The position numbers were made by a program, and so were the translations under genes. Below, one piece after another: positions 49,823 through 60,605 of a stretch of DNA of 64,000 nt. This DNA is from an uncultured Nitrospiraceae bacterium (lineage in GTDB: Bacteria > Hydrogenedentota > Hydrogenedentia > Hydrogenedentales > SLHB01). Where the stretch lies: contig CAZPMT010000010.1 in the NCBI GenBank assembly GCA_964587655.1, positions 16,506 to 80,505 on the forward strand, written 5' to 3'. The notes beneath the pieces are model-generated. The model saw nothing but the letters and a program-made list of their open reading frames with translations. It did no database searches and had not been told where the DNA came from. How positions within the stretch are numbered: the first letter of the stretch is position 1; every line of letters starts with the position of its first letter.

Positions 49823-50902
49823 ATGAAATCCCGCCAGAGAACACGCACACGAACGCGGATTTGCGCGGCGGGATGGGTGTTTGCAGTGAGCTTCGTTCTT
49901 CTTGTTCTTGCCGCGTGGAACACGGGCGCCAACCTCCTCTACATAGTCACCGGCGGGATGGGAAGCTTCATCCTTATCTCGTTTGTCCTGACGGGCCGCG
50001 GGCTCCGCCGCCTGGAGGTGTCGCGCGAAGGTCCGGACGCCGTTCATCGAAGCGAGAAATTCGCCGTAACCGTGCGCATCGAGAACCGGCGGTGGCTGCT
50101 GCCGGTCTTGTCCGTCCGGATCGAGCGCGCGGCCACTCCGCGGCAGTCGGCCGCATACGTGTTGCGCATTCCCGCGCGCCGCGCCGCGGTAGTGCGCATG
50201 ACGGAAGTTTTCGAGAAGCGCGGCGTGCATTCCTTGCCCGAGATCGTGCTTGTCAGCGGATTTCCATTCGGGCTGTTCGAACGCAGGCGCCACGTAACCG
50301 ATACGAACGAAGTGGTAGTTTATCCGCGCGTGATCTCGGTTCGCGCGGCGCTCCTCGAACAGCTCCCGGGATCGTGTCCGATGCCGTCCATCGTCCGAGG
50401 CGACGGCGATGACTTCTTCAGCCTTCGCGACTATGTGCCCGGGGATGACGTTCGCCACATGGCATGGCGCGCGAGCGCGCGGCGAGGGACGCTCCTTGTG
50501 AAGGAAATGGCGAGAGAGACATCTCGGTACATCGTTTTCGTTATCGATACGGGCCTGCGATACCACGTCGATCTATTTGAAGATCGATTCGAGGAAGTCA
50601 TCGAAATAGCGGCTTCCCTGGCCGTCACACTGCTGAGCAAACAGTACACGGTTTCGATTGTCACACCCGCATACGGGCTCGTAGGCGGAGAGGGCAAGAC
50701 ACAGGAGCGGCGCGTCCTGGAAACTCTCGCGCGGGTGATGCCTGACGAGACGACGCCGGAGGGATTCACGTGGTTCTCGCCCGGCGAGGAGTGTGGCCGC
50801 GCCTCATACGTCTTCGCGTCGCCCGACCCGAGCGATTGGGGCCGCCGCGGTCCTCGCATGGGGAGCAGGATACTGGATCCGCGGGAGGCCGTACGTGCGT
50901 AG
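49823..50902 (+). CDS. DUF58-domain protein (vWA-like, MoxR partner)
   Basis: N-terminal TM pair, then a DUF58 core (DYVPGDDVRHMAWRASARRG). The track ORF from 49607 is an over-extension. Confidence 0.75.
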   Translation: MKSRQRTRTRTRICAAGWVFAVSFVLLVLAAWNTGANLLYIVTGGMGSFILISFVLTGRGLRRLEVSREGPDAVHRSEKFAVTVRIENRRWLLPVLSVRIERAATPRQSAAYVLRIPARRAAVVRMTEVFEKRGVHSLPEIVLVSGFPFGLFERRRHVTDTNEVVVYPRVISVRAALLEQLPGSCPMPSIVRGDGDDFFSLRDYVPGDDVRHMAWRASARRGTLLVKEMARETSRYIVFVIDTGLRYHVDLFEDRFEEVIEIAASLAVTLLSKQYTVSIVTPAYGLVGGEGKTQERRVLETLARVMPDETTPEGFTWFSPGEECGRASYVFASPDPSDWGRRGPRMGSRILDPREAVRA

Positions 50903-53180
50903 GACGATCCTTACAGGCTTGCGCGTGTCTTCGGCGGTCTTCGTGGCCATGGGCTACCTCGCCCTCGCCGCTACCCCGTCCTACCCGCTGATCGTCATTC
51001 TTATTCCTTTGATTCTTCTTCTCCTGGCGCCGATGGGCGAGCGCCTTGACAAACACTTCCCCATGTATCGCCGCATCACATACTGGGTCAGCATAGCCGT
51101 GCTGCTGGCCGCGATTGCGTCGATCTTTTTCATTCAACTCCTGGGAAGCGTGACGGTGTTGGTCATGTACATTCAGGCCTACACGATAATGCACCGGAAG
51201 AGCGTCAGGAACTATTACCATCTTTACCTGATGTCGTTCTTCCTTCTCTTGGCCGCGTGCGTGATGTCGCCCGAGCCGGAGATCGGCGTGGTCATGGGGC
51301 TATTTCTTGTCAGCGCCGTGGTCGCGATGATCCTGCTCAGTCTCCACAAGGAAATGGAATCGAATCCTGAGCGCACCCCGCCGGTAATCCTTCGATTGGA
51401 GGTGCGAGACCTGCCGCTCGCGATAGGCCGTCCACCGCGCGTGGACATCGGGGTCTTTGTCTCGATGGCCGTCGTGGTGCTTGCCTCTTTCTTGTTCACG
51501 GCCGCGATCTTCTACGTGACGCCTCGCATGCAGGCGGGCTTTCTCGGACGCACGGACCCCTCGCAGTTTCGTCCGGAGATAACGCCGACGATTGAACTCG
51601 CGGGTGGCGGAAGGATCGTTCCGGACCAGACGCCGGTCATGCACGTCGAGTTCCCCGAGGAGCCTGGCCGGCGTTTCGAAGGCGGTATGTTTTGGCGCGT
51701 TTCGTCTCTGAATCAATACCAGCAGTCGCAATGGAGACGGCGTCCCTTGGCCGGAACCGACCGTGAACCCCGCCTCGCTCCGTACGGCGCAACGCCCGCC
51801 GTTCCCACTCGGACCACCGCGGCGAACAGGCCCTTGGGGAGAGCCCGGGGGAGCGCCCGGGGCGCCAACAGGGTCAACGCCCGGCCGGATGTTGGGACCA
51901 CGGAGGTTACGCGCGACGCATTCGGCACGGGCCGCCTGGTGCATCAGTCAATATACATGGACAGCGTCCCAAAGGAAGGTGTGCCCGTGCTGACGCTAGT
52001 CCAACGGATGCAGTGCGCTCCAGGCACCCGCAATGCCGCCTTGTCGTGGGACGAAAACGGCGACTTTTCGGTGGCGCTCGCGCGAACGGGACAGCGCTGG
52101 CTGCAGTACGACGCGTGGTCTGAAATCGAGGAATTCACGCCACAGCAGTTGCGGGAAGCGCCGGACAACTACGAAGACGTGTTTCGAACCGCCGCATACG
52201 AGGTTCTCACCTACCAGGATCTCGAACCGCGAACACTGGAGCTCGTCAAGACGATCGTCGCCGGCAAGACAACCGTCTACGATAAGGCCCTCGCCATCAG
52301 CGCCTATTTCAACAGCGGCGCTTACTATTACACGCTGGACCTTCCGATACTCCCGGCCGATCATCCGGTCGACGCGTTCATCCACGAGACCAAGAGGGGA
52401 CATTGCGAACTCTTTTCGAGCGCGATGGCGCTTATGCTGAGAACGCTCGGGATTCCTACGCGCGTCGTCGCGGGCTATCGGGGCGGCGAGTGGAACCCAG
52501 GCGATCTCGCTTACATTGTCAGGAGCGATATGGCCCATTTATGGGTCGAGGTGTACTTCATCGGTCTCGGTTGGGTCACCTTTGATCCGTCCCCTTCGGA
52601 CGATGGGAGCCTGGCTCGGTCGCGAAACTGGATCGCACGGACAATGGCGCGTTACACCCTCAAGGCAAAGATGGCGTGGTATAGAAACGTCATCGCCTAC
52701 GACCGCGGACTGCGGGTTGACTCGCTGCGAGACCTAACCATCGGAATAGTCGGCCTGGGCAGTGGCTTCATCGATAGCGTCGGGGAGATTCGGCAATATC
52801 GCGGCGTCGCCGCCATCGTGCTGCTCGGGGTGCTCCTGGCGGCGCTCCTGACAGGCGGCGGCGGACTTTTGTTGCTCCGCGGACATGGTCAACGCACGGG
52901 CAGAGTCCCGTTGACCGCGGACCAAACTCGAGCAATCCGCCTCTACCAGCGGCTGCGCCGCAGACTCGATATCCTCGGAGCAAGTTCCCGAGGAAAGACG
53001 GCGGAGGAATTATCGCTGGAGATCCACGATGTCGACGAAGCCCAGGCTGCGCCCGCCATCGAGGTGATCAACTTATACAACGAGGTTCGTTTCGGCGGAA
53101 GGCCGCTGCCGTGGGACCGTTACGCGCGCCTTGTCCGCACCGTCAAGAAGTTCCACTTCATCAAGAAGACGACGGCCTAA
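50793..53180 (+). CDS. Transglutaminase-like membrane protein (TgpA-like: N-terminal polytopic domain, transglutaminase core, C-terminal DUF4129-like domain)
   Basis: Cys-His-Asp core in KRGHCELFSSAMALMLRTLGIP...HLWVEVY...FDPS. Start is uncertain: ATG 50793 overlaps the DUF58 gene by 110 nt, with GTG near 50894 as an alternative. Confidence 0.7.
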   Translation: MAAPHTSSRRPTRAIGAAAVLAWGAGYWIRGRPYVRRTILTGLRVSSAVFVAMGYLALAATPSYPLIVILIPLILLLLAPMGERLDKHFPMYRRITYWVSIAVLLAAIASIFFIQLLGSVTVLVMYIQAYTIMHRKSVRNYYHLYLMSFFLLLAACVMSPEPEIGVVMGLFLVSAVVAMILLSLHKEMESNPERTPPVILRLEVRDLPLAIGRPPRVDIGVFVSMAVVVLASFLFTAAIFYVTPRMQAGFLGRTDPSQFRPEITPTIELAGGGRIVPDQTPVMHVEFPEEPGRRFEGGMFWRVSSLNQYQQSQWRRRPLAGTDREPRLAPYGATPAVPTRTTAANRPLGRARGSARGANRVNARPDVGTTEVTRDAFGTGRLVHQSIYMDSVPKEGVPVLTLVQRMQCAPGTRNAALSWDENGDFSVALARTGQRWLQYDAWSEIEEFTPQQLREAPDNYEDVFRTAAYEVLTYQDLEPRTLELVKTIVAGKTTVYDKALAISAYFNSGAYYYTLDLPILPADHPVDAFIHETKRGHCELFSSAMALMLRTLGIPTRVVAGYRGGEWNPGDLAYIVRSDMAHLWVEVYFIGLGWVTFDPSPSDDGSLARSRNWIARTMARYTLKAKMAWYRNVIAYDRGLRVDSLRDLTIGIVGLGSGFIDSVGEIRQYRGVAAIVLLGVLLAALLTGGGGLLLLRGHGQRTGRVPLTADQTRAIRLYQRLRRRLDILGASSRGKTAEELSLEIHDVDEAQAAPAIEVINLYNEVRFGGRPLPWDRYARLVRTVKKFHFIKKTTA

Positions 53181-54463
53181 CGCTTCGGGGAAGGCTCCTG
53201 TTTCGCCGGGGACCCGAGGAGAAATGCAACTGCGTTCTCTTCCCAAAGGGCCACCAGCAGATCGACGCCGCCATCCTTGTTGAGATCCGCCGCGCAGAGG
53301 GCGCGCGGCCGCCCTTCGGCGAATTTATACGTCTCTCGCAGGAACGTTTGGGGAAGCGCGCTACCCGATGACTCGTTGATCAACACGGCCACCTGCTTGG
53401 ATGCGAAACATGCCGCGGCGATATCGGGCTTCCTGTCGGCATTAAGGTCCGTGACTACGGTGTCCCGTATCTCGTGTTCAAGAACGTTCCGGTCCGCGCC
53501 CAGCGTGATCTCCTGCGACGTGCTGAAGGAGAACGTGCCTTCCCCGTAGAAGATCACAATCGAGTCGTCCGAGTAGCAGTGCGAAACGATAACGTCGGGC
53601 TTGCCGTCGCGGTTGATGTCTGCTATCTGGATCTTGCTGGGCAGCCGCCCCCGCGAACTGAATCGCGCCGCCGCCTCGAAACTCCCGTCGCCTTTCCCTT
53701 TCCAGATCCCCACTTCGTTGGAACTGTAAAGCGCGACTGCGAGGTCGAGCGCCCCGTCGCCATTGAAATCCGCTGCTTTCACGTCGCGTGGGCCCTCCGC
53801 GGCCGGAGTGAGCTTCGGATCGCCAAAGTACTTGTCTGGAACGCCCGGGAAATAGATCAAGACGTCGCTCGACCATCCTGCGGCCACCACGTCGCGGTAA
53901 CCATCGCCGTTGAAATCGGCCAAGACGATTGACGTGATGCCTGGGGCCGCAAATACGGGACGCTGGTCGCCGTCGAGCATCCGTTTGTAGGAAAGCGTCT
54001 CATCGGGCACGCGAAACGAAGCCGACTCGAAAAGATTATCGCCGATGTTACGGAACAGCCAGAGGTCGTTGTGATGAGTCGCCATGAAGCATCCGACTAC
54101 GATGTCGGGGGCCTTCAAGGCATCCACGTTTCCCACGACGACCGCGTACGGCGCGAAATCCGTGCGGAGTCGCGGCTGGGCAATGTATTCAAGGTTGCCG
54201 GCGGCCACCAGCACGGACACTTCGTCATTCGCAGGGCGCTCCTGGCGGGGATCGCTCATCGTCCCCGTGTCCGTGGTCACGATCTCCGGAAGCCCATCGT
54301 CGTTCAGATCGGCCGCGACAATGGCATTCGGGTTCGGGCCGGCCTGTACCGTCTTGCCGTACCTCTTGAAGACCTCGGCGGCGCCGTCGAACGAAATCGC
54401 AACGACGGCCGCGAGCAGCACGGCGCGGGCCATGCAAGGGCAAAAACCGTAAGACCAGCGCAT
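53177..54463 (-). CDS. Secreted FG-GAP/VCBS repeat (integrin-alpha-like beta-propeller) protein
   Basis: Signal peptide MRWSYGFCPCMARAVLLAAVVAISF. Multiple DxNxDGxxD calcium-binding FG-GAP repeats (DFNGDGYRD, DFNGDGALD, DINRDGKPD, DLNADRKPD, DLNKDGGVD). Confidence 0.7.
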   Translation of the reverse strand: MRWSYGFCPCMARAVLLAAVVAISFDGAAEVFKRYGKTVQAGPNPNAIVAADLNDDGLPEIVTTDTGTMSDPRQERPANDEVSVLVAAGNLEYIAQPRLRTDFAPYAVVVGNVDALKAPDIVVGCFMATHHNDLWLFRNIGDNLFESASFRVPDETLSYKRMLDGDQRPVFAAPGITSIVLADFNGDGYRDVVAAGWSSDVLIYFPGVPDKYFGDPKLTPAAEGPRDVKAADFNGDGALDLAVALYSSNEVGIWKGKGDGSFEAAARFSSRGRLPSKIQIADINRDGKPDVIVSHCYSDDSIVIFYGEGTFSFSTSQEITLGADRNVLEHEIRDTVVTDLNADRKPDIAAACFASKQVAVLINESSGSALPQTFLRETYKFAEGRPRALCAADLNKDGGVDLLVALWEENAVAFLLGSPAKQEPSPKR

Positions 54464-54470
54464 TCTGTCG

Positions 54471-55472
54471 CTATGCTCCTCTTGTCTTCTCGCGTGCGAA
54501 ACGGGCGGCGAGGTCGATGGCTGCGCGTAGACTGTCCTCGCGCGCGACGCCCTTCCATGCGATGTCGTAAGCCGTCCCGTGGTCAACGGAGGTGCGGATA
54601 ATCGGGATACCCAACGTGACGTTGACGCCCTCATCCATCGCGACAAGCTTCGCGGGCGAATGCCCTTGATCATGGTACATCGCGATCACCAGATCGAACT
54701 CGCCCTGCCATGCGCGCCTGAAAATGGTGTCCGCGGGATACGGGCCCGAGCAGTCGATGCCTTGGCTGCGGCATTGCTCGATGGCGGGGATAATCTCGTT
54801 CAACTCTTCCACACCAAAAGCGCCTGCTTCGCCCGCGTGGGGGTTCAGGCCGGCTACCGCGATTTTCGGATTGCCTATGCCGAGTTTCCTCAGTCCCTCG
54901 CATCCGATACGGATTGAGGCGGCGATCCGATCAGACTTGACGCCGTCAATGGCCGCGCGAAGCGCCATGTGCGACGTGATGTGAACAATCCTCAGCCTGC
55001 CCGCAAACAGGCACATCCGGTAGTCGGGGCTCGATGTCATCTCGGCGATCAATTCCGTGTGCCCGGCGTATGCGAATCCCGCGCGATGGATGCCTTCCTT
55101 ATTGATTGGACACGTCACGACGGCATCAACGCGCCCGGACATGGCAAGACGCACCGCACATTTCACCCACTCGACCGCGCAACGTCCGGCTTGAGCATCG
55201 AGCGAGCCGGGATGCACCTTAGGCGCGGGATAGCCCGCGTCCAAGACGGGCACGCGGGCACGCACGGGCGGGATCTCGACAAGCTCCGTTAGCGCCTGCG
55301 GCGGAGGACACCCGGGCGCGAACTCGCGCGCCTTCTCCAGCACGCCAGCGCTGCCGATGACGCATGGCCGGCACGTTTCCCATACGGCATCGTCCGCAAG
55401 CGCTTTCGCGAGGATCTCCGGGCCGATGCCGTTTACGTCGCCCATCGTTATCGCAAGGATCGGACGCATCAA
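54471..55472 (-). CDS. pdxA: 4-hydroxythreonine-4-phosphate dehydrogenase family (PdxA/PdxA2)
   Basis: ITMGDVNGIGPEI N-terminal motif and a conserved metal-binding His region. May be the PdxA2 paralog. Confidence 0.8.
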   Translation of the reverse strand: MMRPILAITMGDVNGIGPEILAKALADDAVWETCRPCVIGSAGVLEKAREFAPGCPPPQALTELVEIPPVRARVPVLDAGYPAPKVHPGSLDAQAGRCAVEWVKCAVRLAMSGRVDAVVTCPINKEGIHRAGFAYAGHTELIAEMTSSPDYRMCLFAGRLRIVHITSHMALRAAIDGVKSDRIAASIRIGCEGLRKLGIGNPKIAVAGLNPHAGEAGAFGVEELNEIIPAIEQCRSQGIDCSGPYPADTIFRRAWQGEFDLVIAMYHDQGHSPAKLVAMDEGVNVTLGIPIIRTSVDHGTAYDIAWKGVAREDSLRAAIDLAARFAREKTRGA

Positions 55473-56101
55473 ACCTTTCCACCCAGTGTCTGAAACAGCG
55501 TGAGGGCCATAAGCATGTGGCCGTTGCTCATGGGATGCACGCCGTCCGTGGTCCAGGGTCGCTCCGGATTGGCGTCAATCACTCGCCAGAACGCCTGATT
55601 TATCGGGACCAGCAACGCGTCAAACTCGCGGGCGAGTCGCGCTATGCAGGCGTTGTACCCGTCAATGATCGGGTTGTGCGCCTCCTCGCGCGATTCGCCG
55701 ATAACGGTCGCCTCGCAAAGAACTAACTTGCAGCCCACGTCGTCCCGCGTTTGCGTCAGCAGCCGCCGGTATGCGTCTTCAAACTCGTCCAGAAACACCT
55801 GCTCCGGGTTTGGCGGCTCCTGGAGTTGCCGCCACACGTCGTTCACGCCGATGCTGACTGACAACACATCGGGTTTCTCCGCGATGACATCGCGCCGCCA
55901 ACGCATTTCGAGATGGCGGATCGTATCGCCGCTGATCCCTCGATTGACGATTTCAAACTTCCGGTCGGGATATGTCGACCAACAGAGATCCCGAAGCATT
56001 CGCACATAGCCGAAACCAACCTTCTCCGGATCTTCAGAACGCCCCGCATCCGTGATGCTGTCGCCAATCAACAAAAACCGCTGTCCTGACTGCAAGAGCA
56101 T
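55469..56101 (-). CDS. SGNH/GDSL hydrolase
   Basis: AAGGAGAAAGG SD, then ATG 56101. Block I LLIGDSITDAG, block III GVND, block V DGVHP. Confidence 0.7.
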   Translation of the reverse strand: MLLQSGQRFLLIGDSITDAGRSEDPEKVGFGYVRMLRDLCWSTYPDRKFEIVNRGISGDTIRHLEMRWRRDVIAEKPDVLSVSIGVNDVWRQLQEPPNPEQVFLDEFEDAYRRLLTQTRDDVGCKLVLCEATVIGESREEAHNPIIDGYNACIARLAREFDALLVPINQAFWRVIDANPERPWTTDGVHPMSNGHMLMALTLFQTLGGKV

Positions 56102-56269
56102 GGCCTTTCTCCTTGTCGCCGCGATGTTATTCATGAGCCGGCATAGAATAAGCAATCCGGGGGAACATGTCCATTCCGATAAGCGCGATCCAAATCGCAA
56201 GGTGTCACTTGGCTTTTCGCGGTGATATACTCTTCCTAAATCTCATCTCCCGCGCGAAACGAGGGGCTC

Positions 56270-57988
56270 GTGAGCACGAATACGCCGGAAGTCAGCGTCG
56301 ATGGCAAAGCCCGCGTGGGCCGGCTTTATGGCGCCGTATTCATGACGGTAGTCCTTGTATGCGCCGCCTTCGGCGCAGCGGCCTCTTGCCTCCTTCTGAT
56401 CACTTACACCCTTCAGAGTATCCCGCAACAAGACGGCACTCTCCTCAAACTCGCGACCAAAGCCGTCTTCTTTCTCCTAGTTTTGATCGGCGCCTCATTC
56501 TCTCTGTGGAGAACAAGATTCCATACGCGTACCGCCCTCTCCGAGATCGAGACTTCGACGGTCTACACTCGGAAAGGGATCCTGGGTCTCGTTGCGGTCC
56601 TCCTGCTAATCGCTTTCGAGGTCGCCCCCAATCTCTCGCGATATCCGTGGGCCGCCCCCGACGAAGCCCACCATCTCATCGTCGCCCGCAATCTCGCGAC
56701 GCACGGTCTTTACGCATCGGGAGATCCGAACTCGGGTTTCAGGCTGTTCGATCCATACGATTCCGTAGGCGCGCCCGTGATTGTACCGGTCGCGGGCGCA
56801 TTGCGCCTCGCGGGAATTGCCCCCTTGCCCGATGCAATGCTGTCAGCAGCCCGCTTCGTAATGGTCCTCTACTATCTGCTGTTGTGCGCGGCGCTATTCT
56901 TCCTTGCCCGAAGCGTCCTCGGACCAGCGGCCACGCTCGCCGGGATCCTCGTGATGACGGCGAGTTTCGGCTCGACGTATCTGGCCCGCACACTCTACGG
57001 CGAGGCGCCGGCCCTAACATTTCTCGCGATTGGCCTGATTCTCTGGCGCCGGGGACTCGTGCAACCCGGGCTCTCGCGATGGCTTCCGATGGCCGGCCTG
57101 TTCTTTGGCGTCTCCATTCTCTGCAAGTCGATCTTCGTACTCACCGCGTTCGCGTTCCTGGGCGCCTACGCGTATGACCTCGCCACTTTCCGACGCACTC
57201 GTTTCATTCACTATTTCGCACCAGGATTGTGCGGCCTTCTCGTTATCATCGCATGGTGGGCGTTGCAGGCATCACTCCAATACGACGTCGCCACGGAAGC
57301 GGCCGGCGCCCTCGGCATGTATCAACATAACCTTATGTTCGGATACCGCTCCGCCGGCCGCGCCCTCGCGTGGATTTTTCGGGAACCGCTGGCCTTGCTG
57401 GGGCTGCTCTGCGGCGTGATCCTCGCCGTCCCCGCCCTTTTCCGCAAACGCTACGATCCGCCCCTCATCGTGTTGTTCCTAGTCGGGGCATTCTTTGCCT
57501 TCTGGTGGATCTTTTTCACTCCCGGGCAGATCCCGCGCTACGTATGGTTCAGCTACGCGATAGCCGCCCTATTCGCGGGCGCGCTCGTCTGGAACGCCTT
57601 GCGCGACGCCTTTAACAGCCGCCGGCCGTTGCTCCGCCGAGCGGTTTCCGTCGCACTGGTCCTTATCGTTCTGATCCCCGCAGGCGAACGCGTCGCGCGC
57701 GAGTCTACCGAGATCCTCACTCTCGATGAAATGCGCGATGACCGCGAACTGGCGGTCCTCCTTCGCAATCTGCCACAATCCACCCGCGTTTCCACGACAT
57801 ACTGGCCGTTGGCGCGCACGCTCAATTTCCTCGCAAGCCGGCATGTCGAGGCAATTGACGAGATACCCGCGCGGATTGACGCAGGCGCGCTTGTCATTGC
57901 GGACCTCATGACACAGCCGGATTCGGTGAAGGGCCACAAGCCCGCGGTCCGGATTGGGCGCTACGCCCTTTTCGCGGGAGCGCCCTAG
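56270..57988 (+). CDS. GT39/ArnT-PMT_2-like polytopic membrane glycosyltransferase-family protein
   Basis: About 13 predicted TM helices. The N-terminal DE..HH region (APDEAHHLIVARNL) is typical of the GT-C PMT_2 family. Confidence 0.6.
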   Translation: MSTNTPEVSVDGKARVGRLYGAVFMTVVLVCAAFGAAASCLLLITYTLQSIPQQDGTLLKLATKAVFFLLVLIGASFSLWRTRFHTRTALSEIETSTVYTRKGILGLVAVLLLIAFEVAPNLSRYPWAAPDEAHHLIVARNLATHGLYASGDPNSGFRLFDPYDSVGAPVIVPVAGALRLAGIAPLPDAMLSAARFVMVLYYLLLCAALFFLARSVLGPAATLAGILVMTASFGSTYLARTLYGEAPALTFLAIGLILWRRGLVQPGLSRWLPMAGLFFGVSILCKSIFVLTAFAFLGAYAYDLATFRRTRFIHYFAPGLCGLLVIIAWWALQASLQYDVATEAAGALGMYQHNLMFGYRSAGRALAWIFREPLALLGLLCGVILAVPALFRKRYDPPLIVLFLVGAFFAFWWIFFTPGQIPRYVWFSYAIAALFAGALVWNALRDAFNSRRPLLRRAVSVALVLIVLIPAGERVARESTEILTLDEMRDDRELAVLLRNLPQSTRVSTTYWPLARTLNFLASRHVEAIDEIPARIDAGALVIADLMTQPDSVKGHKPAVRIGRYALFAGAP

Positions 57989-57999
57989 GATGACGCTTT

Positions 58000-58713
58000 A
58001 TGGATGAACGTTCGGTGTCGGTCTTTTTCCCCTGCTACAACGATTGGGGAACCATGGGCAGCATGGTGCTGCTTACGGTCCGGACGGCGCGACGCCTCGG
58101 TCTCGACTTCGACATCACCGTCGTCGACGACGGCAGCGCCGAACATACGCAGGATCTGCTGAATGAAATCCAGGAGCGCTTCCCCGAAGTGCGCATCGTG
58201 CGCCATCCGAAGAACCGCGGTTATGGCGGCGCGCTCCGCACAGGTTTTGCCTCCGCCTCTCGCGAGTGGATCTTCTATACGGACGGCGACGCCCAGTATG
58301 ACGTGCGCGAACTCGAGGTACTGCTCAAACACGCCGGACCGGACGTAGACATCGTGCAAGGTTATAAGATCGCACGCGGCGACCCGCTTCATCGCAAGAT
58401 TATCGGGCGTGTTTATCATTGGGGAGTCAGGATCGCGTTCGGACTCCCCTACCGCGACGTCGACTGCGATTTCCGTCTCATACGCCGCGCCGTGTTCGAC
58501 AAGATCAGGCTCGAGCACGACAGCGGCGTCATCTGCGTCGAGATGATGTCGAAGATCCATCGGGCCGGATTCCGGCACGTCGAGGCGCCCGTCCACCACT
58601 ATCAGCGTTCGCACGGCAAGTCCCAGTTCTTCAACTTTCCCCGCATCGCGAGGACGCTGTGGAACCTCAGCGGGTTGTGGATAAGAATGATCGTGCTGCG
58701 GAAAGAGGGCTGA
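58000..58713 (+). CDS. GT2-family polyprenol-phosphate sugar transferase (DPM1/ArnC-like)
   Basis: FFPCYND, VVDDGS, YTDGD(A)Q motifs. Confidence 0.8.
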   Translation: MDERSVSVFFPCYNDWGTMGSMVLLTVRTARRLGLDFDITVVDDGSAEHTQDLLNEIQERFPEVRIVRHPKNRGYGGALRTGFASASREWIFYTDGDAQYDVRELEVLLKHAGPDVDIVQGYKIARGDPLHRKIIGRVYHWGVRIAFGLPYRDVDCDFRLIRRAVFDKIRLEHDSGVICVEMMSKIHRAGFRHVEAPVHHYQRSHGKSQFFNFPRIARTLWNLSGLWIRMIVLRKEG

Positions 58714-58721
58714 ACCGCGCC

Positions 58722-59843
58722 ATGGCCGAAATCACGATTCCATTTGGAGAGCTTAAGCGCCAGTTCCGAAGCATCGAGAAAGAAATCCGCGCCGCACTCG
58801 ACGACGTCATCGAGAGCTCATGGTACGTCTTCGGGAAGCATTGCAGGGCCTTCGAGGAGGAGTTCGCCGCGTACGTCGGCGCACGCTACACGCTGGGCGT
58901 CGGTTCCGGCACTGAAGCCATTCACCTCGCGCTTCGCGCCGTCGGCGTGAATCCGGACGACGAGGTAATAACCGTTGCGAACACGTGCGTCCCCACCGTC
59001 GCCGGCATCGCGGCAAGCGGCGCCACGCCCGTTCTCGTCGACGCGGATCCCATGACGCTGACGCTCGATCCGTCAAAGCTTGACGCCGCAATCACAGAGC
59101 GTACGAAAGCTATCGTGCCCGTCCACCTGTACGGACATCCCTGCGACATGGATGCCATTCTAGATATCGCCGCCCGGCGAAGCGTTGCGGTCGTCGAGGA
59201 CTGCGCACAGGCGCACGGCGCCGCGTGTCGAGGAAAACGATGCGGTTCCTTCGGAGCGGCCGCCGCCTTCAGCTTCTATCCAAGCAAGAACCTCGGCGCT
59301 TACGGCGACGCCGGGGCCGTCACCACCAATGACGCCGGCGTTGCCGAGAAGGTTCGCATGTTGCGCAACTATGGCGAAGACAAGCGTTATCACCACGCCG
59401 TGAAGGGATTCAACAGCCGTCTCGATGAGATCCAGGCGGCCGTATTGCGGGTGAAGCTTCGACGCCTCGATGAGTGGAACGACGCGCGACGCGAGCGCGC
59501 GGCAGCTTACGTGCGGCTACTTCGGGGATCTCCGATAACATTGCCCTCAGAAGCCCCTTGGGCCTATCACATCTATCACCTCTTTGTCATTCGTTCGCCG
59601 CGGCGCGACGAACTTCAGGCCCATCTCACGTCCAACGGCATCGGCACGATCCTGCACTATCCAGTTCCAATTCACCTGCAAGAGGCGTATGCCGATCTAG
59701 GCTGCCACCGAGGAGCGTTTCCGCAGGCCGAGAAGGCGTGCGACGAAGTCCTCTCGCTGCCCATGTATGCTGAATTGCCCTTTGAGCACATCGAGCGAAT
59801 CGCCGAGTGCGTTCAGCAATGGAACTCGCGACACAAACCGTGA
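58722..59843 (+). CDS. DegT/DnrJ/EryC1/StrS-family PLP-dependent sugar aminotransferase (ArnB-like)
   Basis: ATG 58722. GSGTEA, conserved Lys region [16 protein letters not shown]. Confidence 0.85.
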   Translation: MAEITIPFGELKRQFRSIEKEIRAALDDVIESSWYVFGKHCRAFEEEFAAYVGARYTLGVGSGTEAIHLALRAVGVNPDDEVITVANTCVPTVAGIAASGATPVLVDADPMTLTLDPSKLDAAITERTKAIVPVHLYGHPCDMDAILDIAARRSVAVVEDCAQAHGAACRGKRCGSFGAAAAFSFYPSKNLGAYGDAGAVTTNDAGVAEKVRMLRNYGEDKRYHHAVKGFNSRLDEIQAAVLRVKLRRLDEWNDARRERAAAYVRLLRGSPITLPSEAPWAYHIYHLFVIRSPRRDELQAHLTSNGIGTILHYPVPIHLQEAYADLGCHRGAFPQAEKACDEVLSLPMYAELPFEHIERIAECVQQWNSRHKP

Positions 59844-59849
59844 TCCGCC

Positions 59850-60596
59850 ATGAAACAAGACGAATACCAGATAATGTTCGAGGTGGAAGACGCGCACTGG
59901 TGGTATCGCGGGCTGCGCGCGAACCTTGACCTCTTCTGGCATCGCCACGTCTCGCGCGAAGACGATTGCGCAAAGACGACGCGCGTTCTCGACGTGGGTT
60001 GCGGCACCGGCGCCGTGCTCAAGTGGCTCGCGGGACACGCCCGCCCGTTCGGCATCGATTTCTCGACCGACGCGATCCGCTTCTGCCGTCAACGCGGGAA
60101 TGAGCACTGCGCTGTCGCAAGCGCCCTCGCGTTGCCCTGCGCGCCGCAGTCCTTCGACGCGGTCCTGTCCTTTGACGTCCTCTGCCACAAGTCCATCCCG
60201 GACAAACTCACGCCGCTGCGGGAAATGCATGCCGCGCTTAGGCCCGGCGGCCTGCTCTTCCTGAACCTTCCCGCGTATCAATGGCTGCGCTCATCTCACG
60301 ACGCAGCCGTTTACACGGATCGCCGATTCACCCGTTCGCAGGTCGGCGACATGCTCAGTGCCTGCGGATTTCAGACCGTTTCCATTACGCACTGGAACAC
60401 ACTCCTTTTCCCGATCATTCTTCCGGTCCGCCTGTGGCGCAAGCTATCTCCCCCGGCACAGTCCGATCTTGCGGATAAGATAAACCCCTTCTCGAACGCG
60501 GTGTTCGGCCAGGTCCTCAAGTTCGAGCGCGCGCTCATGCGCGTGATCCCGCTTCCCTTCGGCCTTTCCATCTTCGCCGTGGCGCGCAGAATCTGA
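59850..60596 (+). CDS. Class I SAM-dependent methyltransferase
   Basis: Motif I VLDVGCGTGA. Follows the aminotransferase after a 6-nt gap. Confidence 0.75.
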   Translation: MKQDEYQIMFEVEDAHWWYRGLRANLDLFWHRHVSREDDCAKTTRVLDVGCGTGAVLKWLAGHARPFGIDFSTDAIRFCRQRGNEHCAVASALALPCAPQSFDAVLSFDVLCHKSIPDKLTPLREMHAALRPGGLLFLNLPAYQWLRSSHDAAVYTDRRFTRSQVGDMLSACGFQTVSITHWNTLLFPIILPVRLWRKLSPPAQSDLADKINPFSNAVFGQVLKFERALMRVIPLPFGLSIFAVARRI

Positions 60597-60605
60597 CGAT
60601 CCGCC

